A stretch of DNA of 64,000 nucleotides from Candidatus Hydrogenedentota bacterium (GTDB taxonomy: Bacteria; Hydrogenedentota; Hydrogenedentia; Hydrogenedentales; SLHB01), in contig CAXXTH010000012.1 in assembly GCA_963668025.2 (NCBI GenBank), positions 64,001-128,000 on the forward strand, given 5' to 3'. This document shows positions 30,012 to 39,231 of the stretch, piece by piece. The position numbers and the translations under genes are program-made. How positions within the stretch are numbered: the first letter of the stretch is position 1; each line of letters begins with the position of its first letter. The notes under the pieces are model-generated. The model saw only the letters and a program-made list of their open reading frames with translations, was not told the DNA's origin and searched no databases.

Positions 30012-31511
30012 ATGATCAACCATCTGATCCTGGCAAAGCTCCTCGGGCATGCGAGTATCACCATTGGGGCACTCATGGCTCCATCGCTTCTTGCCGCGGC
30101 CTGTTTCCGGGAATGGGGAGCGCTCGTGGCGTTTTTGGAGTCCATGGCCGCCAGCGCATGTTTCGGTTTTTTCTTGCTTGCCATAGGCAAAAAAGCAAAA
30201 GAGCATTTCTATCAGCGCGAAGCCCTCGGTTTTGTGGGGATATCCTGGATATTGGCCGCCGGTTTAGGCGCGCTGCCATTCATTTTTGGCGGTGTCCTTG
30301 GCCCCGTGGACGCCTACTTCGAGAGCATGTCTGGCTTCACCACCACCGGTTCGAGCGTTTTTGGCCCCGTGGAATTCGAAACGACTCCTAAAAGTATCAT
30401 GTTCTGGCGCTCGTTCACCCATTGGCTGGGCGGCATGGGTATCATTGTGCTATTCCTGGCCATATTGCCGTACTTGAGCGCGGGCGGCAAGCATATGTAC
30501 CGCTCGGAATCACCTGGCCCCGATCCGCGCGGCCTGCGCCCTCGCATTCGTGATACCGCCGCCATACTTTACACGATCTATTTGGGCATAACTGTTGCGC
30601 AGACGGCCTGCCTCATGCTCGCGGGCCTCAACCTGTATGAAGCCCTCTGCCAAACTTTTGGCACGTTGGCCACGGGGGGATTCTCGACGCGGGTTGATAG
30701 TATCGCGGGATTTCATAGCTTGTCCGTTGAAATCATCATTACCGTATTCACGATTGCCGCTGGGGCCAACTTCGCCCTGCATTTCGACGTGCTGCAAGGG
30801 AAATGGCGCTCATTGCTGAAAGACACGGAGTTTCGTGCTTATATCGCCATTTTGGCCATTGGCTCCATTGTCGTAGCGCTTAATCTTTTAGGAGCGCAGG
30901 CATCCTCACCGCCAGGAGTTGCCGCAGCCCCAGCACCTTTTTATCATTCCATTGGCGGAGCCTTTCGCCATGCAGTATTCCAAGTGGTCACCATCATGTC
31001 TACCACTGGTTTTTGTACGACGGATTTCGATCAATGGCCCGGTTTTTCTCGTATGTTTCTGGTTGTGATCATGTTCGTGGGCGGCTGCGCAGGCTCCACC
31101 GGTGGCGGGCTCAAGGTCGTGCGGGTGGTCATGCTGGCTAAGATGGCGTATTGGCTGCTGGAATCCACTTTTCATCCTAAAACCGTCCGCGCGTTGCGTA
31201 TCAACGGCGAAGTAGTTGATGAAGGCATGCAACGGATGGCCTACGGATTCTTTTTGATTTATATAGGCTGGTTTGTGCTGGGCTGCCTGGTCATGTCTTT
31301 TCTAGGCTTGCCTTTCCAGGGCGCGGTTACTTCCGTCGCCGCGACATTGAACAACGTCGGGCCCGGCCTTGATGTAGTTGGACCAGCCACCAATTTCGCG
31401 GCGGTACACCCCATGGGTAAGCTCTTCTTGTCCTTATGCATGGTCCTCGGGCGGCTTGAACTGTTCAGCATCTGCGCCCTGTTCATGCCATCCTTCTGGC
31501 GTTCCCATTAA
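30012..31511 (+). CDS. trkH: Second TrkH paralogue
   Basis: FESMSGFTTTGS, GGCAGSTGGGLK, NNVGPG. Confidence 0.95.
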   Translation: MINHLILAKLLGHASITIGALMAPSLLAAACFREWGALVAFLESMAASACFGFFLLAIGKKAKEHFYQREALGFVGISWILAAGLGALPFIFGGVLGPVDAYFESMSGFTTTGSSVFGPVEFETTPKSIMFWRSFTHWLGGMGIIVLFLAILPYLSAGGKHMYRSESPGPDPRGLRPRIRDTAAILYTIYLGITVAQTACLMLAGLNLYEALCQTFGTLATGGFSTRVDSIAGFHSLSVEIIITVFTIAAGANFALHFDVLQGKWRSLLKDTEFRAYIAILAIGSIVVALNLLGAQASSPPGVAAAPAPFYHSIGGAFRHAVFQVVTIMSTTGFCTTDFDQWPGFSRMFLVVIMFVGGCAGSTGGGLKVVRVVMLAKMAYWLLESTFHPKTVRALRINGEVVDEGMQRMAYGFFLIYIGWFVLGCLVMSFLGLPFQGAVTSVAATLNNVGPGLDVVGPATNFAAVHPMGKLFLSLCMVLGRLELFSICALFMPSFWRSH

Positions 31512-31559
31512 GAATGTACAGTTAGGCTTATCCAGCTATTTGTGTTATTAGCCTTGTAT

Positions 31560-31581
31560 GGTGGGGCAAGCCCCACTCTAC
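31560..31581 (-). repeat. GTAG-REP hairpin
   Basis: Reverse complement GTAGAGTGGGGCTTGCCCCACC. Confidence 0.8.
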
Positions 31582-31594
31582 GGGATGATCAAGA

Positions 31595-32146
31595 ATGAAT
31601 GAGCAGCAGAATAAACCGAAGCGCCGCAAGGCCGGGTGCATTTTTGCCCTCTCGGCCATTCCCATACTGCTTGCACTTGTCGCCGGTGTTTTCATCGCTT
31701 TATCGCTACGGATGCCATATGATGCGCCGCTGGCGCGGATGTATCGCGCGGAGACGGAAGTGCGCGCCTTGGCCAAAGCCGTCGATACGTATTATGGCAT
31801 GTATAAGGAATATCCGCCTGCCGGGAAAGAAGGCCTACAAATGGCCACGCGCTTCTTATCCGCCCGGGCCAATTATTTCCCGAAAGGCCCTCCGCCGGAC
31901 CCGTGGGGCCATTCCTACCGGTATGCGCCTGGCAACGCATATGAAACGCCAAGCAGCGAAGCGCTCCGCTCCCCGGATGGTTTTCACGCTCCGGGAGCAT
32001 ACCAAGTGTATTCGGAAGGCGCGGACGGGAAATCGGGATTTGACGGGCGCGGCGGCGAAGAAGACAATATAACGAGCTGGGATCAAGCAAAATCCTGGCG
32101 CGGCGCGTATAAGGAATTGAACCGCCAATTCATGAAAGGGCGTTAG
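31595..32146 (+). CDS. GspG-like pseudopilin
   Basis: TM, L..AVDTY..YP..GL, DPWGHSY.Y, YS.GADG..DNI. Confidence 0.75.
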   Translation: MNEQQNKPKRRKAGCIFALSAIPILLALVAGVFIALSLRMPYDAPLARMYRAETEVRALAKAVDTYYGMYKEYPPAGKEGLQMATRFLSARANYFPKGPPPDPWGHSYRYAPGNAYETPSSEALRSPDGFHAPGAYQVYSEGADGKSGFDGRGGEEDNITSWDQAKSWRGAYKELNRQFMKGR

Positions 32147-32148
32147 GC

Positions 32149-33423
32149 GTGCCCATGGAACTGAAACTGTTATATGGCGCGGAGCCTGTCCAGGGAAGCA
32201 TCGATTGGGGGCGATGCCTCGGCGTGCTTGATATCGCCGAAGGCCCTTCCACACATGATGCGGAAGAGATTATCCAGCAGGCCATTCTACATCCCATCGG
32301 CCTTGAACAAGATATCTTCCAGATAGTCCAGCCCGGCGAGACGGTGGCGATTCTGGTGTCCGATTCGTTCCGAGAAACGAAAGCAGACTTGATTCTACCT
32401 TTTCTCATCGAGGGGCTGAATGCGCGCGGCATACGTGATGAAGACATTTTTTTCGTTTTCGCCACGGGCACCCACCGTGCGCCGAACCCCGATGAGCAAG
32501 CCCACATCCTCGGGCAGGCCATGTATGAGCGTTTTCGCGGCCGGGCTTGCCTTCATGACCCACGCGATGAAGCTAACCTCGTCGAGGTGGGTGTCACAAG
32601 CCGGGGCACGCACATGCGCATCAACCGGCGCGTCCATGAGGCGGACCGCATTATCAGCACGGGCGCGGTGGTGCTGCATTATTTTGGCGGCTTCGGCGGC
32701 GGGCGCAAATCCATTTTGCCGGGCATCAGCGCTATCGACACCATATCGCATAATCACGCCATGAACCTCGATCCAAACGAGGACCGCATCAATCCGGACG
32801 TGCGCATCGGGGCGATGGAGGGCAATCCCGTTGCGGAAGACATGCTCGAAGCGGCGAAGCTCGTGCATGTGGATTATATTATTAACACTGTTTTGGACCG
32901 GCATGGGCAAATCGCCGCCGTGTTCGCGGGTGAACTCGATGCGGCCCACCGCGCCGCCACAGAATATGCTTGGCGGCTCTACGCCTTGCCTATTCGGGAG
33001 CAGGCCAGCTTGGTGATCGCATCATCGGGTCCGGCCCGCAATTTCGTACAGTGCCATAAGGCCCTTTATAACGCATACCAAGCGGTGAAACCGGATGGCC
33101 GCATCATCTTCTTATGCCAGTGCAGGGAAGGCCTGGGCGGCGAACAATTCGTGAAATGGCTGCGTTTGGGCAGCAGGGAAGCCATCATCGCGGGTCTGCG
33201 CCAACATAGCGAGATCAACGGCCAAACCGCTCTTTCGACCATCCAGAAAAGTCCGATTGCCTTGCTTGTGACGAATATGGGCGAGGCGGAGGTGGGCTTG
33301 TTGGGCGCACGCAAGGCGGCGAGCCTGGATGCAGCGCTGGATATGGCCCGCGCCGAACTGCCGGAAAATCCTACATATTATGTCATGCCATCCGCGGCAT
33401 ACACCGTGCCATTCCTCGAATAG
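32149..33423 (+). CDS. larA: LarA-family nickel-dependent racemase/epimerase
   Basis: ATGTHR, HYFGGFGGGRKSILPG, NH. Confidence 0.85.
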   Translation: MPMELKLLYGAEPVQGSIDWGRCLGVLDIAEGPSTHDAEEIIQQAILHPIGLEQDIFQIVQPGETVAILVSDSFRETKADLILPFLIEGLNARGIRDEDIFFVFATGTHRAPNPDEQAHILGQAMYERFRGRACLHDPRDEANLVEVGVTSRGTHMRINRRVHEADRIISTGAVVLHYFGGFGGGRKSILPGISAIDTISHNHAMNLDPNEDRINPDVRIGAMEGNPVAEDMLEAAKLVHVDYIINTVLDRHGQIAAVFAGELDAAHRAATEYAWRLYALPIREQASLVIASSGPARNFVQCHKALYNAYQAVKPDGRIIFLCQCREGLGGEQFVKWLRLGSREAIIAGLRQHSEINGQTALSTIQKSPIALLVTNMGEAEVGLLGARKAASLDAALDMARAELPENPTYYVMPSAAYTVPFLE

Positions 33424-33484
33424 GCGGCTTCTTTCTGTTTTACTGCCGAGAAGGTGCCGAGGGGTGTGCGTCCCAATTGTGCTT

Positions 33485-34798
33485 TCATGCGGCATCTTTC
33501 CTAGCTCTGTCGGCCCAGAAGTCTTCGAAGTCTCTGTTCAAGAAGGCGCATCGTAGCGTAATGATCTTGTTTGCACCGTTGACCGTCCATCTCATTCCGG
33601 ACTGCTTGAGCCGTTTTCCTACAACATTTTTGCAGCCGGCCTCTATGACGCCGGAGCCGACGAACAGTTTTTGTTCCCGGAATTCGGCATAGCGCATCAT
33701 GTGGGCGCGGCTGCCCAGATACAGAAAATGTTCCCAGGCCGCCTTGCCGTCATCGTCGTGGCTGGGCATGTGTGGCCGCAGTAGCTCCAGGGCCTGCGCG
33801 GCCTCTCCCTGCCGCACGAGTTCGCTGAGGCTTTGGCGCATCCGCATCCCCAGCTCAGTGGTCTTCCCAAAGAGCAGCGCGCACAACAGCGCCAGGTGTT
33901 CCAGTGCGTGATACAGGTCGAGGATGTGAACGGCCCCGGGGAAGTAGTCGGCGGCGATGTTCGCTATCCATTGCGCGCCGTCGGAAAGGACCACCACCTT
34001 TTGCGCGCGTTCCAGTCCACGGCGCTGGGCTTCGGCGAAGATGCGGCCTGCAAAGGCTTCGGCGTTTTCCACGGCGCCGGAAAAGGTGGTGCTGCCGGGG
34101 TCGCGCACCGGCTCCCCCTTCTCGTCCGTGCTGGTTTGTGTGAAGACGCATCCGATTTTGGCCTCACGGGTTTTGGCGGATCCGTCTTGCGCCTTTCCCT
34201 TGCGCCCGTCCGTTTCGGACTTGACGACGGGAACCCCCGTGCCGTCCATTTCGATGTACAGGACGGGAATCTCATCGCCGGTGCTGGGCTGCGCGGGGTT
34301 TGACGGATGCCCGCGCCGCTGCTTTTCCCACGCGGCCACGTCCGCTCCCGTCTGCTCGCTGGACCGCTCGCAGTCCTTGGCGCTCACGCTGATGCCCGCC
34401 AGTTCTTTTAGATCCCCGGCGGCGTCCGCGAAGCTTTCCCGCGCGCCAAGGCGCGCCGTCATTCGCCTGACGCCGGGCGAACGCGAAGTGCCCGCGACAT
34501 CCAGCAGTTCGTCCGCTGGATAGGCGGTGGCCCCGCATGGGCAGCGGTACATCGCGCGCTCCTGCGTGACGTTCCCCAGAATGGTCGTGATGCGCCTGGC
34601 CCGCATGCCCGCGCGGCGCATGGGATGGCCGCACAGCGGGCACGCATGCTCCTGGCCCTGGACAATGGCGTTTGCCTTGTCGAACAGGACGGCCAGCGTC
34701 TTTCCCGCGCCTTCCAGGGCGGCGGTGCGGATGAGTTTCTCCGTTGCTTCAAAGTCCACGCCGCGGTCCCGGCGGACTAGCGCCAGCGCCCGCGACAT
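33485..34798 (-). CDS. ISKra4-family DDE transposase (OrfB)
   Basis: YIEMDGTGVP, REAKIG, SDGAQWI, GSGVIEAGCK. Confidence 0.92.
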   Translation of the reverse strand: MSRALALVRRDRGVDFEATEKLIRTAALEGAGKTLAVLFDKANAIVQGQEHACPLCGHPMRRAGMRARRITTILGNVTQERAMYRCPCGATAYPADELLDVAGTSRSPGVRRMTARLGARESFADAAGDLKELAGISVSAKDCERSSEQTGADVAAWEKQRRGHPSNPAQPSTGDEIPVLYIEMDGTGVPVVKSETDGRKGKAQDGSAKTREAKIGCVFTQTSTDEKGEPVRDPGSTTFSGAVENAEAFAGRIFAEAQRRGLERAQKVVVLSDGAQWIANIAADYFPGAVHILDLYHALEHLALLCALLFGKTTELGMRMRQSLSELVRQGEAAQALELLRPHMPSHDDDGKAAWEHFLYLGSRAHMMRYAEFREQKLFVGSGVIEAGCKNVVGKRLKQSGMRWTVNGANKIITLRCAFLNRDFEDFWADRARKDAA

Positions 34799-34821
34799 TT
34801 CCGCGGACCTTTCCAGTTCGA

Positions 34822-35184
34822 CTAGAGCCCTTTTTTTTGCCGCTCGTGGGCGGCCTCCTTGTCGCGCTCAAGCTCTCCGAGCTGTTGTGTCAGCTCGCAA
34901 AAGCGTTCGGCGAGTTCGTGAATACGCTTGCTGTTGTCCGTCTGTTCACGGGCGCGCCGCACGTCCTCGGGACTTCGCAGCCGCTGCCGCCGGGGCTTTC
35001 CCTGCTCGTACCACTGCAGGGAGTAATAAGGTCCCCGTTCCACGGCCTCCGGCATGTCCTTGCGTGTGCCCTTGACCATTTGCTCCGACACGCCGCCCGG
35101 GTGGGCGCTTCGAATGGCGCGCATCTGCCCCAAAATACATTCCCGTTGCGCTTCAATCGTCTCAATGTTCATGGCGGCCTCCAT
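34822..35184 (-). CDS. IS OrfA, probably fused to OrfB by a -1 frameshift
   Basis: Ends at an A8-GGG run; the OrfB frame is open from that run. Confidence 0.8.
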   Translation of the reverse strand: MEAAMNIETIEAQRECILGQMRAIRSAHPGGVSEQMVKGTRKDMPEAVERGPYYSLQWYEQGKPRRQRLRSPEDVRRAREQTDNSKRIHELAERFCELTQQLGELERDKEAAHERQKKGL

Positions 35185-35275
35185 TTGTGTCTATACAGAC
35201 ACAAAATTATACCGCAAAAAACATCTGGACGCAACGAAACACAATCATGGCGCACACCCGGTGCCGAGAAGGTGC

Positions 35276-35304
35276 TTGAACAACGCGTATAAAACGGGTA
35301 GTAT
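35276..35304 (+). promoter_or_regulatory. Putative tRNA promoter
   Basis: TTGAAC, 17 bp, TAGTAT. Confidence 0.55.
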
Positions 35305-35316
35305 ATCTACCGCTTC

Positions 35317-35404
35317 GCCCGGATGGTGGAATCGGCAGACACGCTAGGCTAAGGACCTAGTGCCTGTAATGGGTGTGGGAGTTCGAGTCTCCCTCCGGGC
35401 ACCA
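35317..35404 (+). tRNA. tRNA-Leu(AAG)
   Basis: Acceptor GCCCGGA/TCCGGGC, A73, CCA; anticodon arm CTAGG-CTAAGGA-CCTAG; long variable arm; GTTCGAGTC T loop. Confidence 0.95.
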
Positions 35405-35414
35405 TATAAAACAT

Positions 35415-35456
35415 ACCCCTGGCGGGAGATTTTTCCGCTAGGGGTTTTGTTTTTTA
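35415..35456 (+). terminator. Intrinsic terminator after the tRNA
   Basis: ACCCCTGGCGG/CCGCTAGGGGT followed by a T tract. Confidence 0.85.
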
Positions 35457-35595
35457 TGATTGTTTGTGATTCAATTAACCGTTAATATGTAATTATGGTT
35501 ATGGGATAGACCCAATCAGAAATGCTTTACTACAGTAAACATGCTGTGCTGAAAGGAGCTGTCGAATGCTTATCCTGTTGGGAAAAGAAACCACG

Positions 35596-37095
35596 ATGGT
35601 ATCCAGCCGTTTCATGCTGAAATGTTTGTTCGTCATCTGCATACTCCTCATGCCCATCGCGGCGGAATCCGCTACGCCAGCGCCAAGCTCCGGCCCCGAA
35701 CCGTGTATAAACGGCCCCCGCGTGATAGGAGCAACTCCAGGCCACCCGTTTCTTTTTCGGATTCCGGCAACGGGCGAAGGCCCATTGAAGTTTTCCGCAA
35801 AAAAACTTCCCGCTGGACTTGCGCTGGAGCCATCAACTGGCGTCATCACCGGTTCGCTGGAGAAAGCGGGGACATACAAGCTGAAACTTAAACTCAAGGG
35901 CGCTCACGGCACAGCTACAAGAATGCTTACCATCATTGGCGGCGAGCATCAACTGGCGCAGACTCCCCCCCTGGGATGGAATTCCTGGAACATCTGGGGC
36001 ATACAGATAGACGAGGAGAAGGTTCGCGCTGCTGCCGACTGGATGGTTAAAAGCGGGCTGGCCTCCCACGGGTATCAATACATCAACATTGACGACGGCT
36101 GGCAAGGCGAGCGTGACGAAGATGGCGTGCTCCATCCCAACGAGAAGTTCAAAGATATGAAGGCGCTGGCCGATTATGTACACAGCAAAGGGCTCAAAAT
36201 AGGGATTTACTCTTCGCCTGGACCGGCCACCTGCGGCGGTTTTGCCGGTAGTTATCAGCACGAAGAACAGGACGCCATGATGTATGCCGAATGGGGCATG
36301 GACTATCTCAAGTATGATTGGTGCTCCTATGGAGATATTGCCAAACAGGACGGCGGCCTAGAGGAATTTAAAAAACCATACTTCATCATGCGCGAGGCGC
36401 TGGACAAGTGTGGCCGGGACATCGTCTTCAGCCTCTGCCAGTATGGCATGAGCGACGTTTGGGAATGGGGCGCGGAGGTGGGCGGCAACCTCTGGCGCAC
36501 CACTGGCGATATTCACGATACATGGCAAAGCCTGTCCGATATTGGATTCAAGCAAGGAAAATCCAGTCCTTTCGCCAAACCAGGCCAATGGAACGATCCG
36601 GACATGCTGGTCGTTGGAAAAACCGCGGGAGCATGGGGTGAAATTCACCCGACCATTCTCACGCAAAACGAGCAGATCACCCACATCACCCTTTGGAGTT
36701 TGCTGGCCGCACCGTTGCTGATCGGATGCGATATGGCCGAAATGGACCAGTTCACTCTTGACCTGCTCTCGAATGACGATGTTCTGGATGTCGACCAAGA
36801 TCCCTTAGGCAAAGCTGCTGTCCCTGTGCAGGCAAAGGAGGCGGTTGAAAACTCCCCTGGACTCGAAGTCTGGTCCAGGCCGCTGTGGGACGGCACGATT
36901 GCCGTGGGTCTTTTCAATCGCAGCGACAAGGAAACGGTGGTGACTGCGAAATGGTCCGAGCTCGGCCTATCCGGCAAGCAGCCCGTGCGCGACCTTTGGA
37001 AGAAAAAAGATATGGGCAAATTCGATGGTTCATATGGTGTTTCGGTCGCGCCACACGGAGCCGCCTTGTTGAAAATAGGAAAACCCAAAAAATAG
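35596..37095 (+). CDS. Secreted GH27 alpha-galactosidase with Ig-like (He_PIG) domain
   Basis: TPPLGWNSWN, NIDDGW, DYLKYDWC, WRTTGDI, WNDPDML. Confidence 0.95.
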   Translation: MVSSRFMLKCLFVICILLMPIAAESATPAPSSGPEPCINGPRVIGATPGHPFLFRIPATGEGPLKFSAKKLPAGLALEPSTGVITGSLEKAGTYKLKLKLKGAHGTATRMLTIIGGEHQLAQTPPLGWNSWNIWGIQIDEEKVRAAADWMVKSGLASHGYQYINIDDGWQGERDEDGVLHPNEKFKDMKALADYVHSKGLKIGIYSSPGPATCGGFAGSYQHEEQDAMMYAEWGMDYLKYDWCSYGDIAKQDGGLEEFKKPYFIMREALDKCGRDIVFSLCQYGMSDVWEWGAEVGGNLWRTTGDIHDTWQSLSDIGFKQGKSSPFAKPGQWNDPDMLVVGKTAGAWGEIHPTILTQNEQITHITLWSLLAAPLLIGCDMAEMDQFTLDLLSNDDVLDVDQDPLGKAAVPVQAKEAVENSPGLEVWSRPLWDGTIAVGLFNRSDKETVVTAKWSELGLSGKQPVRDLWKKKDMGKFDGSYGVSVAPHGAALLKIGKPKK

Positions 37096-37286
37096 GGCCA
37101 TACTCTCTTAATACTACTATGAAATATGGCATTTTTTGGCAAATGCAATTTGTGTATTTTTTTAGCCAACTGAAGTGTTGCCAGGTTATGAACGTAGCAA
37201 GCTTGAGTGCTACAGGCCCGATAGGAACTGTGCTTTTAGCGTTCCATTCTTCTAATTCTGGTTTGTATTGGCCTGGAAATGCAGGT

Positions 37287-37315
37287 TTGACAGTAAGCAT
37301 AGGGTTTGATAGGCT
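37287..37315 (+). promoter_or_regulatory. Putative serA promoter
   Basis: TTGACA, 17 bp, TAGGCT. Confidence 0.55.
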
Positions 37316-37434
37316 TTGTATCGCGGATGGCGGAACCCTCTTGGGGGCAGTCTATGCGGGTGCTTTCCCCTATGAATGCCGGGGTTCAGCTTGGTGGATG
37401 GGAAACCCTTCTTTTACTTCTAGGAGTGCATATT

Positions 37435-39024
37435 ATGCCTAAGATTCTCGTTCTGGATAATTTGAGCGAAGAAGGCGTCGAGATTTTCAAGAAGGCCGAG
37501 GGGTTCGAGGTGGATGTTAAGCCGCCACAGAAGCCCGAGGAACTCGCCGCCATTATTGGCGATTATGACGGATTGGTCGTGCGAAGCGGCACGAAAGTGA
37601 CTGCGGAAGCCCTCGAAAAAGCCACCCGCTTGAAAGTCGTCGGGCGCGCCGGAGCAGGCACGGACAATATCGATAAAAACGCCGCCACGAAGATGGGCAT
37701 TGTGGTGATGAACACGCCTGGCGGCAACACGATCTCGACTTGCGAGCATACCTTCGCCCTTTTATTCGCCCTTTTGCGGCATATCCCCGCCGCCCATGCC
37801 TCGATGCGTGAAGGCCGGTGGGACCGCAAAAAATTCCAAGGCACGGAAGTGCGAGGCAAGACACTGGGTATCGTCGGCATCGGACGCATCGGCGGCGAAG
37901 TGGCCAAACGCGCCCAAGCCTTTGAAATGAAAGTCTTGGCCTACGACCCCATCTTGACGAAACTCAAGGGAGATGCGCTGGGCGTCGAATTGGTCGAGTT
38001 GGATGAGTTGCTTACCCGCTCGGATTTCATCACCATACACGCCCCCAAAACGGACAAGACCGCCAATCTGCTCGACTTGGCGGCGATCAAGAAAATGAAG
38101 CCCACGGCGCGCATCATCAATGCGGCCCGCGGCGGCATCGTGAATGAGCAAGACTTGGCCCAAGCCTTGCGCGAAAACGTCATCGCGGGCGCGGCGCTGG
38201 ATGTCTACACTTCCGAACCCTTCGAGAATAATCCGTTCCTCGGCCTTGATAACATTGTCATGACGCCCCATTTGGCGGCGTCCACGGACGAGGCCCAGCT
38301 TACCGTCGCCATCGACATCGCCCATCAAATGGTCGATTATCTCACCACGGGCGCTATCGTGAACGCCGTCAACGTGCCCAGCTTGGACGCCGATACCCGG
38401 GCGAAGCTCAAGCCGTTCTTGTATTTGGCGGACCGCTTGGGGCGGTTTCAATCGCTCTTCATACAGGGCAGCCCCACGGCCATCGAGATCGAATACGGGG
38501 GCGATATGGGCGTCACCGACACGTATCCCATCACGGCGGCGGTGCTCCAAGGTTTCCTGACGCCGTTAATGGAAAATGTGAACATGGTCAGTGCGCCATC
38601 GCTTCTCCAGGAACACGGCATCCAATTCAGCGAGACCCGCAGCGCCAGGCCTACGGATTACGCGTTCAGCATCACGGTGCGCGTCACGACCGAGCATGAG
38701 AATCACCAAGTGGCGGGCACGTTGTTTGGGTTTAACAAAGATCCCCGGATTTGTGTCATCGACCATACCCGGGTGGATGTGCGTCCCGAGGGCTGGATTC
38801 TAGTGGCGTTCAATGAAGATAAGCCGCTCATCGTAGGCCGCATCGCCACGATTATTGGGGAAGCAGGCGTCAATATCGCCGATATGACGCTGGGGCGTGA
38901 TGCGCGGGGCGGCCGGGCCGCGACCGTGCTCAACCTGGATGGCCCACTCCGGGACGCCGACATGGAAAAAATCCGCCAGGTGCCTTTCGTCAATCAAGCG
39001 CGGATGGTGCAGTTAGACCATTGA
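37435..39024 (+). CDS. serA: D-3-phosphoglycerate dehydrogenase (long form, ASB+ACT)
   Basis: GRAGAGTDNID, GIGRIG, NAARGG, TPHLAAST.EAQ; AGGAG RBS. Confidence 0.96.
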   Translation: MPKILVLDNLSEEGVEIFKKAEGFEVDVKPPQKPEELAAIIGDYDGLVVRSGTKVTAEALEKATRLKVVGRAGAGTDNIDKNAATKMGIVVMNTPGGNTISTCEHTFALLFALLRHIPAAHASMREGRWDRKKFQGTEVRGKTLGIVGIGRIGGEVAKRAQAFEMKVLAYDPILTKLKGDALGVELVELDELLTRSDFITIHAPKTDKTANLLDLAAIKKMKPTARIINAARGGIVNEQDLAQALRENVIAGAALDVYTSEPFENNPFLGLDNIVMTPHLAASTDEAQLTVAIDIAHQMVDYLTTGAIVNAVNVPSLDADTRAKLKPFLYLADRLGRFQSLFIQGSPTAIEIEYGGDMGVTDTYPITAAVLQGFLTPLMENVNMVSAPSLLQEHGIQFSETRSARPTDYAFSITVRVTTEHENHQVAGTLFGFNKDPRICVIDHTRVDVRPEGWILVAFNEDKPLIVGRIATIIGEAGVNIADMTLGRDARGGRAATVLNLDGPLRDADMEKIRQVPFVNQARMVQLDH

Positions 39025-39050
39025 CAATTGGATACTTGCCAATGAATCCA

Positions 39051-39077
39051 GAGGCCGGTTGGCATACAACCGGCCTC
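39051..39077 (+). terminator. Hairpin after serA
   Basis: GAGGCCGGTTG/CAACCGGCCTC. Confidence 0.6.
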
Positions 39078-39231
39078 AGGTATTATATCGGTGGCCTCTC
39101 TCTTTTTATGTCCCTCAATGCGCTGGCTGCGCAGTCGCAGGGGATTTGTAATAACCTCTGGTGGCGGTGTAGGCTGGTTTTCGTGATTAGGCTAATGTGC
39201 GTTTCCATAAACAGGAAAGGCTTTTCGTGTC

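Larger units (their letters stand above)
33462..35259 (-). mobile_element. ISKra4-family insertion sequence (1798 bp)
   Basis: Terminal GGGTGTGCG/CGCACACCC; 9-bp duplication GGTGCCGAG at 33453-33461 and 35260-35268. Confidence 0.92.
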
